Position numbers and translations under genes: made by a program
Shown: piece after piece, positions 19,982 to 31,000 of the stretch
How the letters are laid out: the number at the start of each line of letters is the position of its first letter
How positions within the stretch are numbered: position 1 is the stretch's first letter
Assembly: GCA_963803805.1 (NCBI GenBank)
Contig: CAWDOD010000007.1
Coordinates: forward strand, 64,001 to 128,000
Length of the DNA stretch: 64,000 nt
Reading direction: 5' to 3'
DNA from: an uncultured cyanobacterium
GTDB taxonomy: Bacteria; Cyanobacteriota; Cyanobacteriia; Cyanobacteriales; CAWCAG01
The notes under the pieces: generated by a model
Seen by the model: only the letters and a program-made list of their open reading frames with translations
Told to the model about the DNA's origin: nothing
Database searches by the model: none

Positions 19982-22196
19982 TTATTGGGTTACATAAGTA
20001 ATTGACAAAGTGGCCATTTCATTGGGCCTTACTTCTGACCGACTTCGTACCGGGCCCTCCGCCTCTACCTCTATTAAGATCCCCCAACAAACTGCTAATA
20101 ATATCCACAGCTTCATCTCCCCTAGTCTCCAAAACTCCCTTCCGTGTACCTCTTCCTCTAGCAATAGAGCGCAACTTCAACAAAGCATCCTTCATCGCAA
20201 CTTCACTAAAAATCACTAACACCTCTGAAACCGTAGTTTCTTCAGCTACAAAAACAAAGCTATCCTTATCAGGGTCAGGAAGTAGCAGAGTTTCCTTTGC
20301 CCCAATTTTATTAGCTGTCTCTGCATACTCTTCATCCCGCAACTCCTGAAGCGAAGAAAATTCGTTAGGATAAAGTACAAATAACTCCCCACGAGGGTCA
20401 ATTAAAATTGCGCTAACAAAGAGTTCCTTATCCTCATTATTAACAATCTTCAATTGAAAGAACTCGTTGAGAGGTATAGAGTTGGTATCCCCGCTTCCAC
20501 GTTGCTGAGAAGAAACAGAACAATATTGAGCCTCTTTTGTACAACTGCCCCGCGCAGTAAATGCTTCTCCTAATATCTCTTTACCGCTTTCGATTTGCAA
20601 CGTTACTCCTACATCTAAGTGAGAAGATCGACCATTAATGGTTGTAGAAATTAGCCTAGCAGCGAGGAGAGATCTTAGCTTGCTGTTAAGACGTTTAATG
20701 GCTTCTTCTATTGTCTCTCCTGCCTTGCCAAAAGAATCGGGGACTACCTCTAAAGCCGGGGAAAATAAGCCGATGCTGCCTTCTGAAGGAACTTCCTTTG
20801 CCCTAACTTGATCGCTATAGCTTGGTGTCATGCGACTGAGAATATACTGCACATTCTCCGGGTAGGGTTCTGCTGCTGTTTGATAGGGGATTGCTTTGAG
20901 GCGTTTTAAGTTTGCAATTGCTTCCCCGGCCGTACTCGCATCTGCCCCTAATGAAGGGTCAAGACCAATTTTCAGCATAAACTCAGCAGGAATAGTCCGT
21001 GCAAACTCCTGTAATAAATCCCCTGGTTTAACATTACCTTCGAGGACTTTGTATCCTGCTTGCAAACCATTGCGAGAAGTTACTTCCACCTTGGCACTGG
21101 AAGAACTAACAAAAATTGCCCCCTCCCCACTAGCTTCTATGGCTTTGCTATCGACTCCTCCTAACCAAAGTTGGGGCTGATTACCTGGAGTGTTGATAAC
21201 TACTGCTTCTGTGGGGGCGACCTGAGATTCTAGTAGGTATACAGGCTGGTTTTGTAATGAAGCTGGTTGGGCTTCACTTTTGGCTATCTGATTTAAAGCC
21301 AGGAGAGCTAAATTACCATTAATCAAGTCAATAGTCTTATCTACATCTGTACTTTGTTGCCAAAGGGATTGAGTAAGTAGATAGGTAAACGCCCCAGCAT
21401 GAAACTCAGGGAAATTATAATCAGCAGCAAGTTGGTTGCGTCGTGCTGATGAAATCGCAACCCCTGTGGCTATACCTTTTTGCCTAAGTTCGGAAAATTC
21501 TGAGGAAGTTAACTTCAAATCTTTTAACAAGCGTTCCTGATATTCTCGCTCTTCGTCCCCAACTTGCTTACCTTCTCCATCTACAGCACGGATTTTAACG
21601 TTGCCCCTTGTCCCCCCTCCAGAATGACAACTATCTAAAACTACAGTTACATTTTCGGTTTTTTGCTTCAACGCATACATGAGAAGAAAGAGGGTGCGTC
21701 CGGTGATATCATTAACCACCTCCTCTTCTAAATCAGATGAGTCATCAGAGGGAACAAAAGTGCTGTTGCGGCGATATTCTGGGTCAGGAGATTCAGGATC
21801 AGCTACTTCCGAACCATGACCAGAAAAATGGAAAACCACCACATCTCCTGGTTTAGCTTGGGCGATTAAATGTTCCTTAAAAGCAGTTAGAATCCCCTGG
21901 CGAGTAGCCTGTTGATCTGTAATAGTCAGGATGTCCTTTGCTTGGAAGCCGAAGCGGTGCATTAAAAGATGTTTTTGTAGTTCTGTATCTTGGACACAAC
22001 CTAAGAGTTGACCAAAACGTTCTGTCTTAGGATAATTATTAATCCCCACCAATAGGGCAAGCTTACGGGGTGTATTCTGAGCTAAAACTTTACCATAACG
22101 AAGGCTTTGGCTTTGCAGTTCAAACTTGCTTAAGCCCAGAGTAGCTAATGCAGAACCAGCAAATTGTAAAAAGTGACGGCGCTTAATCTTTGTCAT
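19982..22196 (-). CDS. Caspase-family (ortho/metacaspase) protease with Tat signal and C-terminal DUF4384-like domain; probable 1-nt insertion near 20053
   Basis: KRRHFL Tat motif; ALLVGINNY, HFSGHGS, LDSCHSGG catalytic His/Cys; removing one base at GGGCCCGG extends the C-terminus to ...EMATLSITYVTQ (stop at 19982). Confidence 0.88.
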
Positions 22197-22339
22197 ATTA
22201 TTTTCTCCTTTAACTAGATAAATAACCTAATCTATATTTCTTAATTTCTCATCAAGTTGTACTGATTTTTTCATTTATAAAAATATATCGTTAAATTGGC
22301 GTTGCTGAATGAGTAATGATTTAGGTGATCGCAGGAACA

Positions 22340-22467
22340 GTAGTTCATCAATTTCTGTAATTTTAGGTATCTCTTCTTCTTCAGATATATCTGGTAGTTC
22401 CACTCCCGCTTCCTCAATCGAGTTCATGATTGTCGTATGGTGAATTTCTGTAACTCGTTCAATTCCT
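22340..22467 (-). pseudogene. IS1-family transposase internal fragment
   Basis: Minus strand translates GIERVTEIHHTTIMNSIEEAGVELPDISEEEEIPKITEIDEL, typical of cyanobacterial IS1-type transposases; no start or end. Confidence 0.75.
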
Positions 22468-22563
22468 CATTTTCAAAACTACGACGCTTTTTCATGTCTC
22501 ATTTGAAAATGCTATATGCTTCAGCATCATTTATAAAATTTTTGGTATGGGAGCAACTCAATG

Positions 22564-22725
22564 GGGAGCATCTCAAATTGGTAAATATAGGCTCTGGCCG
22601 TTGACTTGATGAACAAAAAGTTCAAAGAAGCAGCAATAAATGTATTCTTAAAGCTAAGAGCTAATAGCTAAGAGCTAATAGCTAACCTCACAGATCAACT
22701 GTTTCTGCAAAATTGAGATGCTCCC
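22564..22725. mobile_element. 162-bp MITE with 13-bp perfect terminal inverted repeats and 8-bp target-site duplication
   Basis: TIR GGGAGCATCTCAA...TTGAGATGCTCCC; ACTCAATG repeated at 22556-22563 and 22726-22733; internal AGCTAA(G/T/C) x5 at 22652-22686. Confidence 0.88.
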
Positions 22726-23245
22726 ACTCAATGTTCGTTTATTGTTTGTTTTTTAACTTATACAGCTTAATCCATACAGGTTATCAAAATAAATTTTGTA
22801 TCAATTTTGGCAATTGATACAAAATCTTCAAACCTGCCTCTTTTAGGTAATTTTACTCTCGATAATGCCAAGAAAATACTTTGAGCAAGGAATAAACTGA
22901 AAAATTTATTCCTTGCGACAACATTAACGCACACATCAGCTTTTTAGTATTAATTTAGCGTTCTTGAGAGAAAAACAACTTTTGAGAAACCGACTAAAAA
23001 GTCTGAAATACTTTGCAAACGCATTGCGTATTTATAGATCATTTCTCTTTATTGAGTGCTAGACTTTGCTCCCTTTTAAGTTGCTTTAGGGAAGGGGAAA
23101 AGTCATGTTTGTATCTACAGCAAAATTTTTGGTAATTGATATTATCACACAGTCTTATTTAGTCGGTAACGCCATAAATCAAATCCTATCCTTTTCAAAC
23201 CTAAAACACTCAGCATTTACGCAAACGTATTCTTGGTAAGTAAAT

Positions 23246-25696
23246 ATGGCACGTCAAACCTCTAAAAATACAACCAAACTATATTGGCTTTTCCTCAGTA
23301 CTGCTTTGATAGTCAGTGGCAACTTCCGGTTAATTGCTCCTGTTATAGCTGGTACTCAAGCTGGTCAAGAGATTAAAAACACTGCGACGGCAACTTATCT
23401 AGATCCTACAAATCCTCTCAATATTATTAATGCAACTTCTGACACTATCACCATAACCGTAGCGGAGGTTTCAGGTGTTACCGTCACTAATGCTGGTGTT
23501 ACCGATAGTAATGGTGGCAAAATTGCACGGAATGATGAGATTTTTTATGATTACACCGTTACCAACGTAGGTAATGACCCAACTCAATTGTTTATCCCCG
23601 ACGAAGATAATATCAATATCAACGGCCCTGGTACTATCACCTCTGTAGATGCAGACTTAGATGGGGATGGCACATTTGAAACACAAGTTCCTACTGGCGG
23701 ACTAACTACCACTACTCTTGTTGCTGCTGACGATTCAATTCAAGTAAGGGTAACAGTTACTGTTGATAGCAATGCTAACTCTGGAGAAACTATTGCTGTA
23801 CAACTTGGTAACACTCCAACTGATGATGGTACAAGCCAGCCTTTAGTAGATGACGGTGATAGCGACTTACAAACTATTGATGATAGTACTCCTACTCCAG
23901 TTAACGGTGAAAGTGAGACTAGCATCACTCAAGAAGCTACAGTGGAAGCTTCGCCGACAGCGTTAGCGAAAGTCCTCAAGACCCGAACTAACCACGATAA
24001 AGGAGATCCACTCGACATCACAGACGATGTTCTTAGCTATGCTCTTAGTTTACAGGTTGAATCTAGCGATCCCACAGGTACAGGGATCAATCCTGCACCT
24101 CTAGCTGGTATAGATATTAACGTTGATGGTATCGTTGAGGCTCATATCCTGATCTCTGATGCTATTCCTACAGGTACAGAATTAGAAGGTACAGCCGTTG
24201 CACCCAGTGGTTGGATTGCCGTCTATACCGATAGTCCCATTGCGACTGCTGCTGTAAATGTTAACTGGAGAACTAATCCTGCTGATTTAACTGGCCCTGT
24301 AACCCGTGTTGGTTTCATAAATGATACAGTAGCTACTGTTGCCACAGGTCAAACCGTTAGCGGTTTTAATCTCAATTTAGGGGTTATCGCCACGGCAACT
24401 TCACCTTTAAATGTAGCAAACATTGCCCAGGTATTTGGTGCTACTGATGGAGTTCCTGATATCATCATTTATGATGAATCTGGTGACCAAAATCCCAATA
24501 ACTACAACCCTGTTGATGGTACTGTAGATGGTTTCGATGCCCTTACTGACACAGGTTTACTTAATGCTTTAGATTTAACAGCCTTAACTGCTAGCGTCGG
24601 TATTGATACCAACAATAATAACACCGGTGATGGCCCTGGTGGTGAAGCTAGCTTTATTGAAATTGCTTTACCTGCTGTAGGGGATATCTTAAATGGACCC
24701 AAAGATGTTGCTGATGCTATCGGTCCAACGGATAGTAACGATGACTTTACTAACAAATCCACACCGATTATTAAATACACCAAACCTGGTTCTACTATTG
24801 ATCCTGATCCAGTAGACTTTATAAACACCTTTGTTAATACAAGTGGTCAGTCTGCTGATGTCACCTTAGAACCAGTTGCCCCCGCTAATCCCCTTGATCT
24901 ACCGGATCAAACTGTAGTTACCATCACCGCAGTAGATATTCTTACACCCACCAACCCGATTAAATCTGCTACTTACCGGTATGATCAAGCAACAGGAACC
25001 TTTACCCTCACCAATGGTACACCAATTGTCTTTAACAACCCTCTACCTCTAGTGGGTGGTCCTGGTAAAGGCGTACTTCCTAATGTTCCTGTTGCCTACA
25101 ACGTGGAGATCGACTTACCCAGTGATACACCTCTTTCTACCGATACCCTTGAAGATTATACTGGGGATACAGAATTTGGTTTCCCTGTGGGAATCGTCGC
25201 CAAACTAGACACTGACGGTAATGGCACTTTTGAAGCAGAAAATACCACCATCGACAGGGCTTACACCGGCTACCTCAAACTGGAGAAAACCTTCCAAATT
25301 CTCCAAGGAGATGGCCCTACAGTTAGTGATCCTACTGCTCCTCCTGCACCGGGTAACATCATTGAGTACACCGTCAAATACAGTAATATTTCCACTCCTG
25401 GCGGCGGTATAGGCAACATTGGCTTAAATGCAACCACGGTAATTATTACTGAAGATGGTGCTGATGCGGCTATTGAAAATAACTGGGCATTAGATAACGA
25501 TAGCAACGGTGAAATTGATACTAGCCATGTTGTGGGACAAGCAAGTGATAACAACGGCGGTATCGTTACGTACTTTGACCTTGGTGGTAGTGTTCTAGAT
25601 ACAGTAGGTGTAGATATTACAAGATATCTAGACACAATCTCTAATGTTGCCCCTGGTGCATCGGGTGAGTTTACCTTCCAACGCAAAGTCAATTAA
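23246..25696 (+). CDS. Secreted acidic Thr/Asp-rich multi-Ig DUF11-type protein; putative major filament subunit
   Basis: Signal peptide ending PVIA; DUF11-like motifs (VLKT..LSYAL..ISDAIP; LEKT..PGNIIEYTVKYSN); DxDxDG Ca-loop-like motifs. Confidence 0.75.
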   Translation: MARQTSKNTTKLYWLFLSTALIVSGNFRLIAPVIAGTQAGQEIKNTATATYLDPTNPLNIINATSDTITITVAEVSGVTVTNAGVTDSNGGKIARNDEIFYDYTVTNVGNDPTQLFIPDEDNININGPGTITSVDADLDGDGTFETQVPTGGLTTTTLVAADDSIQVRVTVTVDSNANSGETIAVQLGNTPTDDGTSQPLVDDGDSDLQTIDDSTPTPVNGESETSITQEATVEASPTALAKVLKTRTNHDKGDPLDITDDVLSYALSLQVESSDPTGTGINPAPLAGIDINVDGIVEAHILISDAIPTGTELEGTAVAPSGWIAVYTDSPIATAAVNVNWRTNPADLTGPVTRVGFINDTVATVATGQTVSGFNLNLGVIATATSPLNVANIAQVFGATDGVPDIIIYDESGDQNPNNYNPVDGTVDGFDALTDTGLLNALDLTALTASVGIDTNNNNTGDGPGGEASFIEIALPAVGDILNGPKDVADAIGPTDSNDDFTNKSTPIIKYTKPGSTIDPDPVDFINTFVNTSGQSADVTLEPVAPANPLDLPDQTVVTITAVDILTPTNPIKSATYRYDQATGTFTLTNGTPIVFNNPLPLVGGPGKGVLPNVPVAYNVEIDLPSDTPLSTDTLEDYTGDTEFGFPVGIVAKLDTDGNGTFEAENTTIDRAYTGYLKLEKTFQILQGDGPTVSDPTAPPAPGNIIEYTVKYSNISTPGGGIGNIGLNATTVIITEDGADAAIENNWALDNDSNGEIDTSHVVGQASDNNGGIVTYFDLGGSVLDTVGVDITRYLDTISNVAPGASGEFTFQRKVN

Positions 25697-25769
25697 GGCA
25701 TTTTGCTACACCAATTATTGTCGCCTACTTCCCTTCAAAGTACTAATTTGTAACTCACAGAGGTTTATT

Positions 25770-26327
25770 ATGAAACGTTTCTTCCTTAGTCTCAGCGCGA
25801 TCGCCCTTGTTGCTACAGTTCCAGTTTTAGCTAGTTCTCCAGTACAAGCTAGTATCCGTGAAGCAGGAACTAAAATTGCCCAATTTCTTGCTCGTCCTGA
25901 AGTTAAGTTAAACTTAGCCGCAGCTAAGCGTATGGTGAAAGTTGATGATTCTGGCAATGAACAGGTTAACTGGGAAGATATTGCCCAAGAAGCAACGGTT
26001 GTACCGGGGGATGTCCTCCGCTACACAGTCACTGGTGAAAATGCTGGTGATGCCACAGCCAACAACTTTGTGATCACCCAGCCTATTCCTACGCAAACCA
26101 TGTATGTTTTAGATTCAGCAGCTAGTAGTAATAGTGCCACTGTCACCTACAGCATTGATAACGGTACAACCTTCAGTGCAGAACCAACTATTCAAGTAGA
26201 TGATAACGGTACATTGATCGAGCAACCTGCACCGCCTGAGTCTTATACTCACGTTCGTTGGAGCTTTGAGCAGTCTCTAGTGGCTCAAGAAGAGGTGCAA
26301 GCTTCCTACGAAGTAACCATTAAGTAG
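25770..26327 (+). CDS. Small secreted single DUF11-domain protein
   Basis: ATG at 25770 after AGAGG; signal peptide MKRFFLSLSAIALV; VVPGDVLRYTVTGEN..ITQPIP..YSIDNG.TFS..YTHVRW. Confidence 0.85.
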   Translation: MKRFFLSLSAIALVATVPVLASSPVQASIREAGTKIAQFLARPEVKLNLAAAKRMVKVDDSGNEQVNWEDIAQEATVVPGDVLRYTVTGENAGDATANNFVITQPIPTQTMYVLDSAASSNSATVTYSIDNGTTFSAEPTIQVDDNGTLIEQPAPPESYTHVRWSFEQSLVAQEEVQASYEVTIK

Positions 26328-26463
26328 CAATAGAGAATCACATCAAATCCAGTGTGAATGGGGAACGGGGAACAGGTAATGGGCAATAGTTTTATCCCAA
26401 CTCCCCATCTCCCCATCTCCCCTTCTCCCTAAGCGCTTTAACTAGTTTGAAACTTACTTACCC

Positions 26464-27963
26464 ATGGAAAGAAACAAGCTGCTATTTTCAATTTCCTCTC
26501 AGCACAAGCTATCTACTTTCCTGAATCTTGTAGCAATCTTAGGCTTAGGAACAAGTTTAATAGGCATTGATGCCACCTTAGCTCAAGGTAACATTTCTTT
26601 CCAAAACCAAGCTACCTACACTTATCAAAACTCGGCTAACCAGACTCAGTTACAAGGAGTTTCTAATCAGATTGAAGTTAACACCCTCGACTCATCTTTA
26701 GTTGATCCTTTCGGGCAGGTTTTGGGTTGTAATGGTGAACCCTTGTTAGATTACACAGGCTTTTCCGTTAGCTTATATACTCCTGCTGCCAACGCAACCA
26801 CTGGGACAGAACTAGATCAGTTAGTTCCTTTAACGGCAACAGAGTTACCGGATGTAGCAGGTAATGACCTTACTCAAGGGGTAGAACCTAACATCAGCAA
26901 TGTTAATCCTTTTTCCCTTAGCAATACTACTCAAGGCAAGTATAGCTTCCTCTTAGATAGTAGTAAAGGACAACTGATACCAGGAACAAGCTATATTTTC
27001 GTAGTTAATCCCCCTACTAATTCTAACTATAGTCAGCGACGGGTCAAGATAGAAATACTAGCAAATAATAATGGGAAAGTCAGTTATAGAGCCAGTTCCC
27101 TAGATGGCCAACCTATTACCTCTCAAGGCCAAACTCAAATTGATGACACCCTGGTTAATATCTCTGAAGCCAACAAACAAGGTGTTATCCTAGCTGCTTT
27201 GCAACCTCAATTAGTACTGTGCAACCCTAATCAAATTGAAATTATTAAAACAGGGGATCGCGCTGTTGCTGGACCTGGAGATACGGTACTCTATCGTCTT
27301 ACAGTGAGAAGCAAATCTGATGCGACTCTCAACGCAATTAAGATTAACGATTATTTACCCCCTGGTTTTAAATTTTTACCTAATTCTGTGCGGGGTGAAT
27401 TTCAAGGGCAACCCCTTTCTATCAATGCTACTAACCATGGTAATGAGGTTGACTTTGAAATTGCAGCAAATCTCTCTCCCCAAGGTGTAATCAACCTTGT
27501 TTATGCGGCTCAACTTACTCCTGATTCTTTAAGGGGTTCCGGAGAAAATTCAGCAGTTGTGAATGCTAAGCGTCTTGACAACTCTTTCCAGGTTAAAAAT
27601 GGCCCGGTTATCCATCGTTTGCAAATCAATCCTGGCATTCTTTCTAGTTGCGGCACTTTGCTCGGTCGTGTCTTTGAAGACCATAACTTTGATGGTGAAC
27701 AACAGCCTGGTGAACCTGGCATCCCTAATGCAGTAATTGTGCTTGAGGATGGCAACCGTATCACTACAGATACTAACGGCTTATTTTCCGTGGCTTCGGT
27801 ACTTCCTGGCTATCACACAGGAACTCTGGATCTTACTAGTGTACCTGATTATACTATTGCTCCCAATCACTATTTCCGCGAACGCAATAGCCTCTCACGC
27901 TTAGTTAATCTGGCTCCTGGTGGCATGGTTCGCATGAATTTTGCTGTTACTAAAACAAATTAG
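26464..27963 (+). CDS. Secreted DUF11 + SdrD-B/CnaB-like domain protein
   Basis: Signal peptide; IIKTGDR..PGDTVLYRL..INDYLPPGF; GRVFEDHNFDGEQQPGEPGIPNA SdrD-B-like motif. Confidence 0.85.
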   Translation: MERNKLLFSISSQHKLSTFLNLVAILGLGTSLIGIDATLAQGNISFQNQATYTYQNSANQTQLQGVSNQIEVNTLDSSLVDPFGQVLGCNGEPLLDYTGFSVSLYTPAANATTGTELDQLVPLTATELPDVAGNDLTQGVEPNISNVNPFSLSNTTQGKYSFLLDSSKGQLIPGTSYIFVVNPPTNSNYSQRRVKIEILANNNGKVSYRASSLDGQPITSQGQTQIDDTLVNISEANKQGVILAALQPQLVLCNPNQIEIIKTGDRAVAGPGDTVLYRLTVRSKSDATLNAIKINDYLPPGFKFLPNSVRGEFQGQPLSINATNHGNEVDFEIAANLSPQGVINLVYAAQLTPDSLRGSGENSAVVNAKRLDNSFQVKNGPVIHRLQINPGILSSCGTLLGRVFEDHNFDGEQQPGEPGIPNAVIVLEDGNRITTDTNGLFSVASVLPGYHTGTLDLTSVPDYTIAPNHYFRERNSLSRLVNLAPGGMVRMNFAVTKTN

Positions 27964-28033
27964 GCAAAAGTCTATAGGCAATAAGCAAAAGTAATTACCT
28001 ATTTAAAATTATTTACCTTGAGGGGAAAGAGTT

Positions 28034-31000
28034 ATGCTCTACTCTGATGTATTAAAGACAAGTAAGGGGAAAAATTTAGTTGTACTGTCGGCAATACTGA
28101 TAGGAAGTGTTAACTCACTTTGCGCCCCTCAAATAGCCCAAGGACAGGAATATGTAGAAATTATTCCTGAAACAAAGACAGCAACTCAGTTTGTAGAATC
28201 AGAAACAATAACGTCAGAAACTGTTTCCAACCCAATAGATGAGACAAAGGAAATCGACCTTCCTAATAACAATGCTTCTGAAAAGACTACATCAGCAGTC
28301 AGCATCCTTTCTCCTACAGTTAACAGCATTTTAGATCAACCGGCCGTCACAGTAGTGGTTCAGTATCCTAGGGATGCTGAAATAGAACTAAGAGTTAATG
28401 GACAACCAGTAGATCCTAAACTAATCGGTCGCACAGAAACTAACTCTGCTACGCAATTAATTACCCAGACGTGGTATGCTGTGCCTCTCCAGGCAGGAAC
28501 TAACAGTCTCAGTGCCAACTTATTAGGTCAGCCAGAAACCTTAACTACCACTAGTTTACAAGTAAGAGGACAGCCAAGTGAACTAATGGTCGCCACTAGG
28601 GAAACAAGTATAGATGCTGATGCCCGCTCTACAGCGATAGTGCAAGGTCAATTACAAGACGATAATGGTAACTTAGCTAATTGGGATGGTACTGTCACCC
28701 TAAGTACCAGTGCTGGAGAGTTTGTAGAACCAGACCAAGACTTACAACAACCCGGTTTTCAAGTCAAAGTCACAGATGGTAAATTCCGCACTATCTTACG
28801 CTCAACTTTAGAAGCCCAAACTGTCACTATTCGCGCTAACACCAGAGAGTTAGAAGCCTATACTCAACTACAATTTAAAACTGCATTGCGTCCTAGCTTA
28901 GTTTCTGGAGTTGTTAACATCCGTTTGGGAGCTGGTGGTACAGATTTCTACGATAGTTTCCAAGACTTCCTACCCTTAGATGAGGATGATGATTTTGTCT
29001 TAGATTTTAGTAGCGCTGTCTTTGCTACTTTTCCCATCGGTGAATGGCTATTCACCGGGGCTTATAACAATCAACGCCCCCTTAACCTTGATTGCAATTG
29101 TGACAATCGTCTCTTTCGCAATTATCAAGCCTCAGAAAACCAGTATCCTATCTACGGTGATGATTCTACTTCGGAAATTCTCGCCCCTTCTATAGATAGT
29201 CTCTATTTGCGTCTAGAACGCTCCTCTCCTGTGGTAGGAGCCGCGCCAGATTATGTCATGTGGGGAGACTATAACACCTCAGAGTTTGCAAACCCTTCCC
29301 AATTTTTCACCGCAACAACTCGCCAACTCCACGGCTTTAAAGGCAATTATAATTTAGGCAATCTCCAAGTTAGTGGCTTCTATGCCAACAACACTGAAGG
29401 TTTCCAAAGAGACATTCTCAACCCCGACGGTACTAGCGGCATCTATTTTCTCTCCCAAAGATTGCTAGTTCCTGGTAGTGAGGATGTCTTTATTGAATTA
29501 GAAGAATTAACCCGCCCTGGAACAGTTCTGCAACGAGAACGATTAAGCCGGGGTGCAGATTACGAGATTGATTATGATCGAGGAACGTTGAATTTCCGTG
29601 AACCGCTGTTGCGTACTGATATCGATGCAGAGGGGAATATTTTAGTACGCCGACTAGTGGTTAGTTATCAGTTTGAAGATGGCGGAGAAGATACTAAACT
29701 TTATGGCGGTAGACTGCGCTATCATCTTTCCCGGAATTTAAACCAGGAAAGCTGGTTGGGCGCTACCTATCTTAAGGAGGAACAGGGTGTGCGGGACTTT
29801 GAACTGTACGGTGCAGATGTTTTGCTTTCTCTAGGAGAAAAGGGACGTTTTACCGGTGAATATGCCCATTCTCGCCATAATTCTCCAGAGTTAGGTGCTA
29901 CTGCTGGTTCGGCTTATCGTTTACTTCTAGAAGGGGAAGTAAGTACAGGAATTGCTGGCCGGGCTACTATCAATCCACTGATAATGGTTTTGCTAACCAA
30001 GCAACGGCAAGTTTTGTTCCTGGACAAACTCGTTACGGTGCAGAGTTGCAAGCCCGCCTTTCCCCAAATACTCAATTGAGGGCCAAATATGACCAGGAAA
30101 GTAATCAAGGTAATAACCAGCAAATTCTCACTCCCATCGGTAATGTGCTAGAAGGGTACACCTTAGAAGGTAGTTTAGATAGCTTTCAATCCCAAACTGA
30201 GGTAAATAATTCCCTCACCACCATTTCCCTGGGAGTGCAACAAAAAATTTCTACTGCTACTTTAGATTTTGATTGGATTTATCGCCAACGGGAAGACCAA
30301 ATTAATCCTAATCTAAATAGTAATTCCCAACAGTTGCGATCGCGATTAAGCCTACCCTTAACAGATAATCTTACTTTCCGAGCGCTCAATCAATTAACCT
30401 TAAGTGAACAGACTGATGCTGTTTACGGCGATCGCACTGCTGTAGAGTTAGATTGGCAATTTCTTCCTGGTGTTAATCTCCTATTAGGACAAAATTGGTA
30501 TACGAAAGGGACGCTTGCTGGTAGTTCCATTACTAGTTTGAGTTTGCAGGGTGATTATAATTTTAGTCCTAATACTCGCTTAACAGGGCGCTACAGCCTT
30601 TTAGGGGGTGAGAATGACTGGACGGGACACGGGGCAATAGGATTACAGCATGACTGGCAACTTACCCCTGGTTTAAAGCTTAATCTGGCCTACGAACGGA
30701 TTTTTGGTAACTTTGGCAGCAATGTTATTGGCACAGGAATTAATCAACAATCCCTGACTACAGGTAGCAATAGTTCTGTTTTAGGAGTCACAGAGGGCAA
30801 TAGCTACAGTGTGGGTTTAGACTATGCCAGCGATCCTAACTTTCAATTCTCAGCTAACTGGCAACATCGTTCCTCATCCCAAGGCAGCAACACAGTTATT
30901 TCTGCTTCTGCCCTTGGTAAAATTACCCCCAGTTTATCAGCTTTGTTAGATTTCCATCACGCTAGTTCTACTAGTCCGGCTCTGAGTGGCTTAGGAAGTT

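Noticed and set aside
23010-23235. GCAAAC motifs upstream of the DUF11 operon as a c-di-GMP-I riboswitch
   Set aside because: Could not find the paired P2/P3 stems or tetraloop-receptor arrangement
25644-25769. Longer N-terminus given by the ORF track for the small DUF11 gene
   Set aside because: Overlaps the previous gene; the signal peptide and RBS fit ATG 25770
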